Shown here: positions 63,060 to 64,000 of the stretch, one piece after another | Layout: the number at the start of each line of letters is the position of its first letter | Numbering within the stretch: the first letter of the stretch is position 1 | Assembly (NCBI GenBank): GCA_002269645.1 | Contig: NIVC01001980.1 | Span: forward strand, 77,879-141,878 | Source: Macrostomum lignano | Taxonomy: Eukaryota | Length of the DNA stretch: 64,000 bases | Direction of reading: 5' to 3' | Notes under the pieces: generated by a model | Databases searched by the model: none | What the model was told of the DNA's origin: nothing | The model's input: the letters and a program-made list of their open reading frames with translations, nothing else | Translations under genes and position numbers: made by a program

Positions 63060-63145
63060 GCAGCCACTGATTGGGGAGTTGGCAGCCAATGACTTTGATT
63101 CGAGGACAGTGTCGGCGTGTGTAGGATGACGGCGCTGATATAATA
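63060..63145 (+). promoter_or_regulatory. Candidate core promoter (CCAAT boxes in both orientations plus a TATA-like element)
   Basis: CTGATTGG about 63068, AGCCAAT about 63084, GATATAATAT about 63136, upstream of a pyrimidine-rich leader. Confidence 0.35.
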
Positions 63146-63385
63146 TCTATATAGCCTCAAGAGTTTCCTTTGCTTTACGTTCGAGTAGACTTTTCTCGTC
63201 TCTTCTAACTAGTTCTGTCTCATCCTCTCTTTAGTCCTCCCTTAGTCCTCTCTTTTCTTAAGCTTTGACTGCCTATAGCCAAGTTCTTTAAGTCCTACTT
63301 AGACCTGGGCTCCTCCACTGTCTGTCCATACAGCCTTCGCCTCAACCTAAGCAAAGGCCTGGCAACGGACGGACTTCAGCGGTTC

Positions 63386-63473
63386 ATGCAGTCTGACTCT
63401 TCGCCCAGGCAGGCGAGGCCGAGGTTTCCGCACTACCTGTTCAGACGGCACCAGAGCCTTGAGCAGATCAAAG
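63386..63473 (+). CDS. Probable first coding exon of an unidentified gene continuing beyond the window
   Basis: ATG CAG TCT GAC...(MQSDSSPRQARPRFPHYLFRRHQSLEQIK) ending at the strong donor AAG|GTGAGT. Confidence 0.45.
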
Positions 63474-63552
63474 GTGAGTTAATGAGACAGATAGAGTTAG
63501 TTCGACTTTGAATATGCGGTGACGCTAATATTTGATTATTATTTCACACTGA

Positions 63553-64000
63553 TGGATTTTGGGATCAGTGATCGGGTTTTGGGATCAGTGATCGGGTTTT
63601 GGGATCAGTGATCGGATTTTGGGATCAGTGATCGGTTTTGGTATCAGCGATCGGGTTTTGGAATCAGTGATCGGGTTTTGGGATCAGTGATCGGATTTTG
63701 GGATCAGTGATCGGATTTTGGGATCAGTGATCGGTTTTGGGATCAGTGATCGGGTTTTGGGATCAGTGATCGGATTTTGGGATCAGTGATCGGATTTTGG
63801 GATCAGTGATCGGGTTTTGGGACCAGTGATTAGATTTTGGGATCAGTGATCGGATTTTGGATCAGTGATCAGATTTTGGGATTAGTGATTGGGTTTTGGG
63901 ATCAGTGATTAGATTTTGGATCAGTGATCGGCTTTTGGGATTAGTGATTGGGTTTGGGATCAGTGATTAGATTTTGGGATCAGTGATCGGCTTTTGGGAG
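63553..64000. repeat. 20-bp minisatellite (GGGATCAGTGATCGGATTTT)n running off the right edge
   Basis: Direct reading. Confidence 0.95.

Overview
Eukaryotic, animal, very repeat-rich DNA. GC-rich exons, AT-rich introns and abundant minisatellites are consistent with a flatworm such as Macrostomum, but that is inference and unconfirmed. Host genes: last three exons of an inositol monophosphatase (+), a complete 9-exon ESRP/fusilli splicing regulator (+), an intronless roadblock dynein light chain (-), an intronless calbindin/Cbp53E-like EF-hand gene (+), a 3-exon MFSD4-like transporter with two frameshifts (-), a 77-aa orphan secreted-peptide ORF (-) and a probable first exon at the right edge (+). 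Mobile DNA: an apparently intact Ngaro-type tyrosine-recombinase (YR) retrotransposon at 1-3914, an internally deleted Ngaro-type element with split direct repeats, three THAP/P-superfamily remnants, several MITEs, a tRNA-derived SINE, a candidate solo LTR and a degenerate hammerhead motif. The most interesting signal is how the first retrotransposon may express its genes. It has a textbook -1 frameshift cassette at the gag stop. It also has a phase-matched GT-AG pair that would splice the SAP-domain N-terminus of Gag onto an ATG-less recombinase. The pol frame stays open across the whole visible recombinase. No CRISPR, rRNA or genuine tRNA genes were found. All calls come from manual reading and translation; no searches were run.
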